Part shown: one piece after another, positions 56,307 through 64,000 of the stretch
How the letters are laid out: every line of letters begins with the position of its first letter
How positions within the stretch are numbered: the first letter of the stretch is position 1
Origin: Clostridia bacterium
Lineage (GTDB): Bacteria; Bacillota; Clostridia; Oscillospirales; CAG-272
DNA length: 64,000 nucleotides
Direction of reading: 5' to 3'
Assembly (NCBI GenBank): GCA_017467815.1
Contig: JAFUKI010000122.1
Coordinates: forward strand, 2,240-66,239
Notes under the pieces: generated by a model
The model's database searches: none
Told to the model about the DNA's origin: nothing
The model's input: the letters and a program-made list of their open reading frames with translations, nothing else
Position numbers and translations under genes: made by a program

Positions 56307-56761
56307 TGGAACGTCAGGAAATCTGTAATGAAATGCGGCTGTGCTTCCCTTCCTATTCTGCCAACGAAGGATTTGCACGTGCCTGTGCCGCGGCTTTCTG
56401 TGCCCAGTCCAACCCCACCTTTGACGAACTGTCCGATATCAAATGTGCGGTTTCGGAAGCGGTGACCAATGCCATTGTACACGGATACCGCAGTACAGTG
56501 GGGGATGTATATATGACCATGCGGATGACGGAAGACCGGGTGGTGCGTATCGAGATCCGGGACAAGGGATGCGGTATTGAGGATGTACAGAAGGCACTGC
56601 AGCCCCTCTATACCACCGACCCTGCCAATGAACGAAGCGGCATGGGCTTCACAGTGATTGAAAACTTCATGGATTCCATGCGTGTCGTCTCCACCCCCGG
56701 CAAGGGTACAAAAGTTATTATGACCAAAAAACTGACCGTCATTCCGAGAATCCGCGGATGA
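56306..56761 (+). CDS. spoIIAB: Anti-sigma F factor (serine kinase)
   Basis: GHKL N-box SEAVTNAIVHGY and G-box GMGFTV. TAATG overlap with spoIIAA. Confidence 0.9.
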   Translation: MERQEICNEMRLCFPSYSANEGFARACAAAFCAQSNPTFDELSDIKCAVSEAVTNAIVHGYRSTVGDVYMTMRMTEDRVVRIEIRDKGCGIEDVQKALQPLYTTDPANERSGMGFTVIENFMDSMRVVSTPGKGTKVIMTKKLTVIPRIRG

Positions 56762-56829
56762 TACATATCCGGAAAGTCTGCTGCAGAGGTATGCAGATTT
56801 CCGGACTGTCATGGAATGGAGGCACTATA

Positions 56830-57564
56830 ATGTCGGAATGCAATGTCAAAAGCGGATACGACAGGAATCTGGATTATCTCCGGCGGTACAGGGAGGGAGA
56901 TACTTCGGCGGAAACGGTACTTATGGAAATCAATGCCGGACTTGTCACCGGTATCGCCCATCGGTTCAAAGGCAGGGGAGCTGAGTTTGAAGATCTGGTA
57001 CAGATCGGTTCCATCGGTATGCTGAAAGCCATCCGAAGTTTTGATCTGGACAGGGGGACGGCTTTTTCCACCTACGCCGTTCCTCTGATCATAGGGGAAA
57101 TCCGCCGGTTTCTGCGGGATGACGGGATTTTGAAAGTCTCTCGTACACAAAAGCGTACCGGTGCCATGCTGATGCGGGAAAGAGAGCAGTACATCACGGA
57201 ACACGGAACCGAGCCGCGTATTGAGGATCTTGCCCGGGCGGTGGGAATTACCGTTGAAGAAGCGGCAATCGCCATGGACGCCGCCTCTCCGGTGCATTCC
57301 CTTTCAGAAGTCATCGGGGATGAGGATTATACCCTCGAAAACGTCCTTCCCTCTGCCGATGATACGCTGGGCAGGATGCTGGAGCATATCGCGCTGGAAG
57401 AAGTGCTGACAACACTGCCTGTACTGTGGCGCAGGATTATTTTACTGCGATATTACAGAGAATATTCCCAACAGCAGACGGCAGATGCGCTGGGATTGTC
57501 CCAGGTGAAAATTTCAAGGGAAGAAAAAAAGATCTTTGCAAAACTGCGTGAGGCACTGTCGTGA
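56830..57564 (+). CDS. sigF: Sporulation sigma factor F
   Basis: Sigma-70 regions 2-4 (EDLVQIGSIGMLKAIRSFD, QQQTADALGLSQVKISREEKKI), third gene of the spoIIA operon. The start is set at the ATG at 56830, behind GGAGG. Confidence 0.9.
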   Translation: MSECNVKSGYDRNLDYLRRYREGDTSAETVLMEINAGLVTGIAHRFKGRGAEFEDLVQIGSIGMLKAIRSFDLDRGTAFSTYAVPLIIGEIRRFLRDDGILKVSRTQKRTGAMLMREREQYITEHGTEPRIEDLARAVGITVEEAAIAMDAASPVHSLSEVIGDEDYTLENVLPSADDTLGRMLEHIALEEVLTTLPVLWRRIILLRYYREYSQQQTADALGLSQVKISREEKKIFAKLREALS

Positions 57565-57601
57565 GATAAAACCGCAGATCTCAGTCAGAATAATTGATGA
57601 A

Positions 57602-57635
57602 AGCCGGATGTACTGTTGCAGTACTCCGGCTTTTG
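57602..57635 (+). terminator. spoIIA operon terminator
   Basis: AGCCGGATGTACTG-TTG-CAGTACTCCGGCT followed by TTTTG. Confidence 0.8.
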
Positions 57636-57755
57636 TGCATATTGCAAAAAAAAAGAAAACTTGTTGAATTTGCTAATTGTACTATTTTTACCGTTTGTTA
57701 TACTTATAGCAACTCAATTATCCCATTTTTCAACATGACTGCGGAGGGTATTTCT

Positions 57756-59738
57756 ATGAAAAAACTGCTTCTTCTGCTGCTGACCGGTGCTCTGCTTTTT
57801 TCCGGATGCGGAGAAACGCCCATCACCGAAACCGATACGGCAGAAACACAAACGATCCCGGAAACAACGGAAACAGAAGCCGTCGCCGACGAACCGGTTC
57901 TGACGCCGGCAAAGCATGAAATTACGGTAGAGGATGCGTCGGGCATCCTGGCTGCTAATGAGCTGAGTGTGAAGGATGGGAGATATTATCCCTATCAGAA
58001 CTTTCACGGCGGTCAGCAGATGCGTTCTGTCCATACGGAAAGAGGTACATACGCCGCATTCCTGAAGCATTTCAACGTTTCGGAATACAACCCTTCTTAT
58101 ACGGGTTATTCGGAATTGTATCTGGCAAAAGTGGATAACAACGGCGGGAATACCATCCTGCTGTACGACGAATACGACAGCTACGGTAAAGATGTGGAAC
58201 TCAATATTGCTCTGGATACCAACGGCAATGTTGCCCACGCGGGTATTGACACCCACATGGATAATGACGGCAATATTCATATAACCTATGGCTCAAGTCT
58301 GATCGGCGGCGATCCGTATGTTACCCTTGACAGCCAGAAACGTCATGCCGTTTATAATGGTATGGAATGTGTTTTCAACGAGGAATTCAGTATGCCGGTC
58401 GCTGGCAAGACACATATCCGGCAGGACAGTAACGGGAATCTGTATATGATTGAATCCCAATCGGGCGCCTGGGATGATAACATCATGTATATCCGGATTT
58501 ACAAAGCCGACGATGCCCTCGGCAGAACCTGGACTCTGGTTAAAGAAAATACCATCGAAGGGATGAAAACGGTGTCGTTTTCCATAAATTCGCACCGCAG
58601 CTGTCCCACACAGGATGATAATATCCTCAGCTGCTTCATATTCGGTTCCACCCCCAAAAGCTTCACCAGATATACACTTTTCGACAGTACAGCCTATGTA
58701 TTCAACCTTTCCCTTGAGGATTACTCAATCACCGAACCTGTAGATATGCTGGCAGGCTATGATCTGACACTGGACACCATTATCACCTACCCCGCCCACG
58801 GTGCTTCCCACCAGAACAAAGTCGTACATACGGAAAACGGTACTTATGCCGTACTGTCAACGGAATACAAAAAAGACCATGAATATCTCAGTTATAACTG
58901 GGCGGATTACGAAACCTTCCAGATTATCAAGATCGAGAACGACAATACCGCAAAGATCCTCTATACCGATACCTACTCCTGCAGTACGGATAAAGTGGCG
59001 CAGAGTATGTATATGAACATCAAGCAGATGCCGGATGGACTGATCTATGTTTCTCCTCCGAGCGGATTCTTCCTGTACGTGATCGACCCTGCAACGGATG
59101 AAGTAACCGTACATCAGCCTACTGAAGTATGGAATTATACCAAACAGTCTGATTTCTTCGTGGATGCAGACGGTCAGACCCACATGGTTCTCGCAACCAC
59201 CCCCTCGTTCATGCGCCAGTCAGCAGTTCTGGATACGGAAGAATGGAAATACGGTAAACTCAGCCGCGCCTACAACGCTATCGGTTTCGATGCCGAAACC
59301 ACCGTTCCTGCTGCCGGTTCTTATTCCAATTTCTACACCATTGAAGATGGAAACGGTGGTGTGTACTATGTGGGTACGAGATACATCACCCCCGAAGATT
59401 TGGAAGATGCGGGTCTGACCTACAGCGGTTACACCAACAAGATCGACGATTCCATTGCCCTGTTCCATATTCCCGATCTGACGGAAATGAAGAACAACAC
59501 ATTCACGGAGATTTGCCTCCCCTATGTAGAACAGGGAGATGAGGGTACTTGGTCCGTTGTAAATGTGGAATCTGCCGGGGATGTTTACCTTGATTCCGAA
59601 GGTCAGCTGCATATTTTCTACACATATTACCTGTTCGACTTCGACGATACCGACAGACGCGGAAATCCCGAACTGATCGACAATACTTTCAAGAAATACC
59701 ACGCAATCTACAAAGACGGTGAAGTAATCTCCACGTAA
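57756..59738 (+). CDS. Large hypothetical lipoprotein (N-terminal 660 codons of an interrupted frame)
   Basis: MKKLLLLLLTGALLFSGCGE lipobox, with a GGAGGG RBS. It ends at the TAA at 59736, which is in frame with the next ORF. Confidence 0.7.
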   Translation: MKKLLLLLLTGALLFSGCGETPITETDTAETQTIPETTETEAVADEPVLTPAKHEITVEDASGILAANELSVKDGRYYPYQNFHGGQQMRSVHTERGTYAAFLKHFNVSEYNPSYTGYSELYLAKVDNNGGNTILLYDEYDSYGKDVELNIALDTNGNVAHAGIDTHMDNDGNIHITYGSSLIGGDPYVTLDSQKRHAVYNGMECVFNEEFSMPVAGKTHIRQDSNGNLYMIESQSGAWDDNIMYIRIYKADDALGRTWTLVKENTIEGMKTVSFSINSHRSCPTQDDNILSCFIFGSTPKSFTRYTLFDSTAYVFNLSLEDYSITEPVDMLAGYDLTLDTIITYPAHGASHQNKVVHTENGTYAVLSTEYKKDHEYLSYNWADYETFQIIKIENDNTAKILYTDTYSCSTDKVAQSMYMNIKQMPDGLIYVSPPSGFFLYVIDPATDEVTVHQPTEVWNYTKQSDFFVDADGQTHMVLATTPSFMRQSAVLDTEEWKYGKLSRAYNAIGFDAETTVPAAGSYSNFYTIEDGNGGVYYVGTRYITPEDLEDAGLTYSGYTNKIDDSIALFHIPDLTEMKNNTFTEICLPYVEQGDEGTWSVVNVESAGDVYLDSEGQLHIFYTYYLFDFDDTDRRGNPELIDNTFKKYHAIYKDGEVIST

Positions 59739-59777
59739 GAACTGGGCATTGAACTTTCCCGTACTGCCGCAGTAAGA

Positions 59778-60029
59778 ATGGCAGAAACCACCGACGGCAC
59801 GGATTATCTGCTTGTATGTAATCTCGGCGAAGCAGGTGCGAAGATCGACGTATACTTTGAAACCGAAAACGGCTGGGCTTTGACACAGACCAAGGCACTC
59901 GGCGAATTTACCGCAGGATCCTTCAGTATCAGTTCCCCCAGAGGCGGTTCGGTACAGGATAATGTGATCGACTGTATCGTTTATGCAGACGATGCGGAAA
60001 TATATTACACCAGCGTAACCTTTGAATAG
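59778..60029 (+). CDS. ORF in frame with the preceding lipoprotein gene (probable C-terminal continuation)
   Basis: Same reading frame as 57756..59738. Only one stop codon and 13 open codons separate them, and the ATG at 59778 has no RBS. Confidence 0.4.
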   Translation: MAETTDGTDYLLVCNLGEAGAKIDVYFETENGWALTQTKALGEFTAGSFSISSPRGGSVQDNVIDCIVYADDAEIYYTSVTFE

Positions 60030-60195
60030 TTTTTCCCAAAGCGCTGCTGCACTGTGGATATAATCTCCGCAATGCAGCAGCTTTTTCTTCTATGCAAATA
60101 TAATTGTAAGTTTTTCCTGAAATCGTGAGAAAAGATTTGCATTTCCGCTAAAATCACGGTATAATAAGAGTATAATAAAAAAACGAGGTGGCATA

Positions 60196-62715
60196 ATGGA
60201 AAAACTTCTGGTTCTGGACGGCAACAGTATTCTGAACCGTGCTTTCTATGGTATCCGTAATCTCAGCAATTCCGCAGGACTGCCCACCAATGCGGTGTTC
60301 GGCTTTCTGAATATGATCAAAAAACATCTGGATGCACTGCACCCGGATTATCTGGTATGTGCCTTTGACGTAAAGGCAAAAACATTCCGGCATGAAGCCT
60401 ATGATGCCTACAAAGGTACCCGTAAAGGAATGCCGGAAGAACTGGCGATGCAGCTGCCTTATGCCAAAAAAGCCGCCGCGGCACTGGGATTCAAGGTCAT
60501 CGAATGTCCCGGTTATGAAGCGGATGATATTCTCGGCACACTGAGCCGTATGTCGGATGAAACGGAGCATATCCACTGCTATCTCCTGACCGGGGACAGA
60601 GATTCCCTGCAGCTGATCACCGACAGAACCAGCGTCATCCTGACCAAAACCAAAGAAGATATTGTATATACCCCTTCCCTGTTCACCGAAGAATACGGTG
60701 TCGTTCCGCCGCGGCTGGTGGATGTCAAAGCACTGATGGGGGATTCTTCCGACAATATTCCCGGAGTTGCCGGTATCGGTGAAAAAACCGCTTTCAAGCT
60801 CATTCAGACCGCCGGCAGTCTGGACAATCTGTACGCATCGGAAGATTATTTCGGTGCTGCCGCCGGTGTATGCAAAAAACTGACCGATGGCAAAGAGGCG
60901 GCATACCTGTCCTACCGTCTTGCGGAAATCTGTACAAGTGCGCCCCTTGGCATCACGATTGCCGATCTTGCGGAGAACACGGCGGACGAAAATGCTTTTC
61001 TGGAACTTTGCAGTGAACTGGAATTCCACGGAATGGCAAAAAAGTTCGGTTTTCATGCTGACGAATCCCCCAAAAACAGACAGGAAGAAGAACGGTTTGC
61101 CATAACCGAAACCGACGCGATTCCTTCCCTGCCCGATGATGTGATTCCGGCAGTGGTCTGGATGGATGAACTTGCAGTATGCGACGGAAAGACGGTTTAT
61201 GTCTGCCACACACCTTCCACGGAAATGGCGGCATCGGTTCTTGCCGGACCGTTTGTCTGTCATGACCTGAAACAACTGCTGCAGAAAATCAATGACTGCA
61301 CCTACGGGGAGAAATGCCGGTATGATACCATGCTTGCTTCCTATCTGCTGGAACCCGGCAAGGGCAGTTATCCGCTGAACAAGGCTGCGGATTTACACAA
61401 CATTTCCCTGCCTGAGAATCCCTCCGCCGCCCAGTGTGCCGGTGCTGTATGGCAGCTGTGGAAAACCACCGTACCTCTGATCGAAGAACAGGATATGCTT
61501 CCTCTGCTGACCGATCTGGAAATTCCCCTGGCGGCTGTACTGGCGGATATGGAAAACATCGGATTCAAAGTGGATCCCGACGGAATTCTCCGGTATGCCG
61601 GACAGCTGCAGGAAGCGGAAAATGCGCTGGCTGCACGTATCTGGCTGGAAGCCGGGCATGATTTCAACATCAACTCCCCGAAACAGCTGGGTGAAGTATT
61701 GTTTGAAGAACTGAATCTTCCCGCCGGACGGAAGACAAAAACCGGCTATTCCACCGATGCGGAAACGCTGGAAAAACTGCGCCCGTATCATCCCATTGTG
61801 GAAGATATTCTGTCCTACCGGCAGATCGCCAAGCTGAGGGGGACTTACGGCGAATCCCTGGCAAAACTGGCGGATGAAAACGGTCGGATCCACACAAAGC
61901 TGAACCAGACCGGTACCGCAACGGGTCGTCTCTCCTCCAATGATCCCAATCTGCAGAACATTCCGATCCGTATGGAACTGGGGCGGGAACTGCGGAAATA
62001 TTTCATCACGGAAAACGAGGAGTATGTTCTGATCGACGCGGACTATTCCCAGATTGAACTTCGTCTGCTGGCACATCTTGCCGATGACGCGGTGATGCAG
62101 GAAGCCTTTATATCGGGAAGGGATATTCACACCAAGGTGGCATCACAGGTGTTCGGTGTTTCGGAAGAGGAAGTTACACCCGAACTGCGCCGCAGAGCCA
62201 AAGCCGTGAACTTCGGGATTATCTACGGTATCGGGGACTATTCCCTGTCCCAGGATCTCCACATCACCAGAAAACAGGCAGGGCAGTACATTGCGGATTA
62301 TCTGAGCACCTACCCGGATGTGGACATATATTTGCAGAATACCATTGCCGATGCGAAGAAAAACGGATTCACCACCACGCTCTACGGCAGACGGCGCCCC
62401 ATCCCGGAACTGGCGGCGAAAAACAAGGTACAGCAGGCATTTGGGGAAAGAGTTGCCATGAACAGTCCCATTCAGGGAACCGCGGCGGATGTCATCAAAA
62501 TTGCCATGCTCCGTGTACACAATGCGCTGAAAGAAGCCGGTATTGATGCGCGGCTGATCATGCAGGTACACGACGAACTGATCGTGGAATCTGCAAAAAG
62601 CTGTGCGGAAGAAGCCAAAGCGATACTGATCCGGGAAATGGAAAACGCAGTATCCCTGTCGGTTCCTCTGGCTGTGGAAGCCGGTATGGGTGAGAACTGG
62701 TATGCGGTGAAATAA
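60196..62715 (+). CDS. polA: DNA polymerase I
   Basis: 5'-nuclease domain plus polymerase motifs A (DYSQIELR), B (RRAKAVNFGIIYG) and C (QVHDELIVE). Confidence 0.95.
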   Translation: MEKLLVLDGNSILNRAFYGIRNLSNSAGLPTNAVFGFLNMIKKHLDALHPDYLVCAFDVKAKTFRHEAYDAYKGTRKGMPEELAMQLPYAKKAAAALGFKVIECPGYEADDILGTLSRMSDETEHIHCYLLTGDRDSLQLITDRTSVILTKTKEDIVYTPSLFTEEYGVVPPRLVDVKALMGDSSDNIPGVAGIGEKTAFKLIQTAGSLDNLYASEDYFGAAAGVCKKLTDGKEAAYLSYRLAEICTSAPLGITIADLAENTADENAFLELCSELEFHGMAKKFGFHADESPKNRQEEERFAITETDAIPSLPDDVIPAVVWMDELAVCDGKTVYVCHTPSTEMAASVLAGPFVCHDLKQLLQKINDCTYGEKCRYDTMLASYLLEPGKGSYPLNKAADLHNISLPENPSAAQCAGAVWQLWKTTVPLIEEQDMLPLLTDLEIPLAAVLADMENIGFKVDPDGILRYAGQLQEAENALAARIWLEAGHDFNINSPKQLGEVLFEELNLPAGRKTKTGYSTDAETLEKLRPYHPIVEDILSYRQIAKLRGTYGESLAKLADENGRIHTKLNQTGTATGRLSSNDPNLQNIPIRMELGRELRKYFITENEEYVLIDADYSQIELRLLAHLADDAVMQEAFISGRDIHTKVASQVFGVSEEEVTPELRRRAKAVNFGIIYGIGDYSLSQDLHITRKQAGQYIADYLSTYPDVDIYLQNTIADAKKNGFTTTLYGRRRPIPELAAKNKVQQAFGERVAMNSPIQGTAADVIKIAMLRVHNALKEAGIDARLIMQVHDELIVESAKSCAEEAKAILIREMENAVSLSVPLAVEAGMGENWYAVK

Positions 62716-62774
62716 AATTATTGTACCGTATGCGCCGGATCCGGGGATATATGAATTATATACAAAATAACAAC

Positions 62775-62807
62775 AAATGCACAAGACGACTCACGTTTTG
62801 TGCATTT
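62775..62807 (+). terminator. polA terminator hairpin
   Basis: AAATGCACAA-N13-TTGTGCATTT. Confidence 0.6.
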
Positions 62808-62894
62808 AATTTATGATAACTCTCTGTCCGAGATAAGTATTGGTGTGCATAACTGACCTTTTTATTCATTTTCTATGAATGCTCATAGGCAAAT

Positions 62895-62927
62895 GAAAAG
62901 GGGCAAGGTGTATTTCAACCTTGCCCC
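62895..62927 (-). terminator. Terminator of the 62964 gene
   Basis: GGGGCAAGGT-N8-ACCTTGCCCC followed on the minus strand by TTTTC. Confidence 0.7.
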
Positions 62928-62963
62928 TATGGGTCAGTATTTAGTTCAACAAATTGGAATTGG

Positions 62964-63239
62964 TTAATCTCTCATTTGTGTTTGCAGTTCAATTCCAAAC
63001 GAACGATATGTCCATTTTGTTACTCCTGGGTTTTCTGTGTCTGGCATAAAGTTCCCCTCAATGTCAAAGGAATACCCAAGACCAACATACTTGCCAGAGC
63101 CACCATCTTGCATTGGCTCAGTGCAAACACAAAAGATTGGTCGTTCAAAATTATGAACTCTACCATAGTCAACAATAGCAACAGCAATCCATAATGCAAG
63201 AACACAGACTATGGCTATAATAATTTTCTTCTTTTTCAT
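62964..63239 (-). CDS. Small signal-anchored hypothetical protein
   Basis: MKKKKIIIAIVCVLALWIAVAIV anchor. Confidence 0.5.
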   Translation of the reverse strand: MKKKKIIIAIVCVLALWIAVAIVDYGRVHNFERPIFCVCTEPMQDGGSGKYVGLGYSFDIEGNFMPDTENPGVTKWTYRSFGIELQTQMRD

Positions 63240-63272
63240 ACAATCACACTCCTTTGTCAAATTGGAATTGAC

Positions 63273-63383
63273 TTATTTCTTATCCTTATCATTCTTTTTC
63301 TTCTCATTAAAGAGAGCAACAACTACTCCTGTGCCTATTGAAAGAATTACACAAATCATAATCAAGCCAAAGTTTGGTATCAT
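63273..63383 (-). CDS. Tiny TM peptide (36 aa, not in the ORF track)
   Basis: MIPNFGLIMICVILSIGTGVVVALFNEKKKNDKDKK, with a GGGGGG-type RBS 7 nt upstream. Confidence 0.3.
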   Translation of the reverse strand: MIPNFGLIMICVILSIGTGVVVALFNEKKKNDKDKK

Positions 63384-63420
63384 TGTATCACCCCCCAAAT
63401 TCAAGTTTGTCTAACCCTTT

Positions 63421-63960
63421 TTAATCTGCGACCTCGACATAACTTGCATAGACCTGATTGTAGAAGTGATTACCCTCTCGATATTCGTCGTAGTTCACAA
63501 ACTTAACAGTTACAATAGTGCCTTCTTTCCAACCGATTGCGTCCGTATCAGGCTCGTCTGGATTGAATACCATAACTGTTCCGTCATCCAAAAGGATTTC
63601 GGTGTCATAGTCAAAGACAACAGACAGTTCAGCGTCAGCGGGGAAAATGCTGTTATCGCCTGCGTCAACAACAATCCCCTTGAAGTGGTCTACACTCCAT
63701 TCAACAAGTTCAACACTCATTGTTTCAGCCTGCGGCAGAGTATAAACCTGTTCCATAGTGCCCTGACCGTGTGGAGGCTCATTTTGCAAATTAGGAATAG
63801 TCAATACACCCACGACCACAAGGCACAGACAAGCAGCCATAGCACCCCATTTGACCCAAATGGGGCGGGACTTCTTCTTTGTATTCATAGCCATACCAGC
63901 AGCGGCAACTTTCTGCTCGTCCAACTCACCAATGATATTAAAGAGTTCTTCTTTCTTCAT
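63421..63960 (-). CDS. Putative anti-sigma factor / membrane-anchored protein
   Basis: Single TM after ~40 aa. ATGA overlap with an upstream gene whose C-terminus looks sigma-like. Confidence 0.5.
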   Translation of the reverse strand: MKKEELFNIIGELDEQKVAAAGMAMNTKKKSRPIWVKWGAMAACLCLVVVGVLTIPNLQNEPPHGQGTMEQVYTLPQAETMSVELVEWSVDHFKGIVVDAGDNSIFPADAELSVVFDYDTEILLDDGTVMVFNPDEPDTDAIGWKEGTIVTVKFVNYDEYREGNHFYNQVYASYVEVAD

Positions 63961-64000
63961 AGGTCATAACCCCTTTCTTTAAGATAATTTTTCAGTTTGC
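63957..64000 (-). CDS. 3' end of an upstream gene (possibly an ECF sigma factor)
   Basis: Reads ...KLKNYLKERGYDL*, a typical ending of ECF sigma region 4. Only 14 codons are visible. Confidence 0.35.
   Translation of the reverse strand, partial: KLKNYLKERGYDL

Noticed and set aside
60154-61275. 373-aa minus-strand ORF opposite the polA 5' region
   Set aside because: Antisense to polA, so a shadow ORF.

Overview
The window is 64 kb of chromosome from a spore-forming Firmicute, probably a Clostridia-type organism. The evidence is spoIIAA-spoIIAB-sigF, spoVT, a T-box leader, GGAGG ribosome-binding sites and lipobox signal peptides. All family names come from motifs read by eye and from memory, because no searches were run.

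Layout:
- 1-10.2 kb: an accessory, defence-like island. It holds AT-rich type I R-M genes (hsdR, hsdS) behind a GC-richer Fic gene under one consensus promoter. Next comes a tightly packed four-gene operon: a DUF4143-type P-loop ATPase, a MacroD-type macro-domain protein, an ArsC/Spx-fold protein and a cytoplasmic vWA protein. The island ends in duplicated tRNA-3'-end-like fragments fused to a terminator hairpin, plus a truncated IS200 tnpA.
- 10.3-22 kb: small regulator-plus-membrane-protein modules (XRE, PadR-DUF2812, XRE trio, ECF sigma/anti-sigma/Zn-ribbon). This stretch also holds an esterase, CPBP and VanZ proteins, and an AT-rich lipoprotein gene flanked by a duplicated CPBP 3' end.
- 22-39 kb: a glycan-type cluster with an orphan PstS-like binding protein, a Cthe_2159-like beta-helix lipoprotein, GH116-like, DUF4091 and beta-helix proteins, and a sigma factor with a long C-terminal extension. 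It also holds tRNA-Leu(CAG), an orphan promoter-terminator unit (sRNA candidate) and an orphan glycyl-radical enzyme with an atypical Cys loop.
- 41-44 kb: a second vWA paralogue in a three-gene module, followed by a decayed region.
- 44.8-51.8 kb: ilvA-ridA-ilvBNCD plus a coupled DUF815 ATPase. They sit behind a T-box leader that carries an internal tandem duplication, giving two Stem I modules but only one antiterminator/terminator.
- 52-64 kb: spoVT, pfk-HAD-DUF1643, the spoIIA operon, a lipoprotein ORF split by one in-frame TAA, polA, and small membrane genes.

No CRISPR array, rRNA or intact mobile element was seen. The best candidates for something undescribed are the ATPase-macro-ArsC-vWA operon next to the R-M/Fic genes, the dual-Stem-I T-box, and the orphan GRE.
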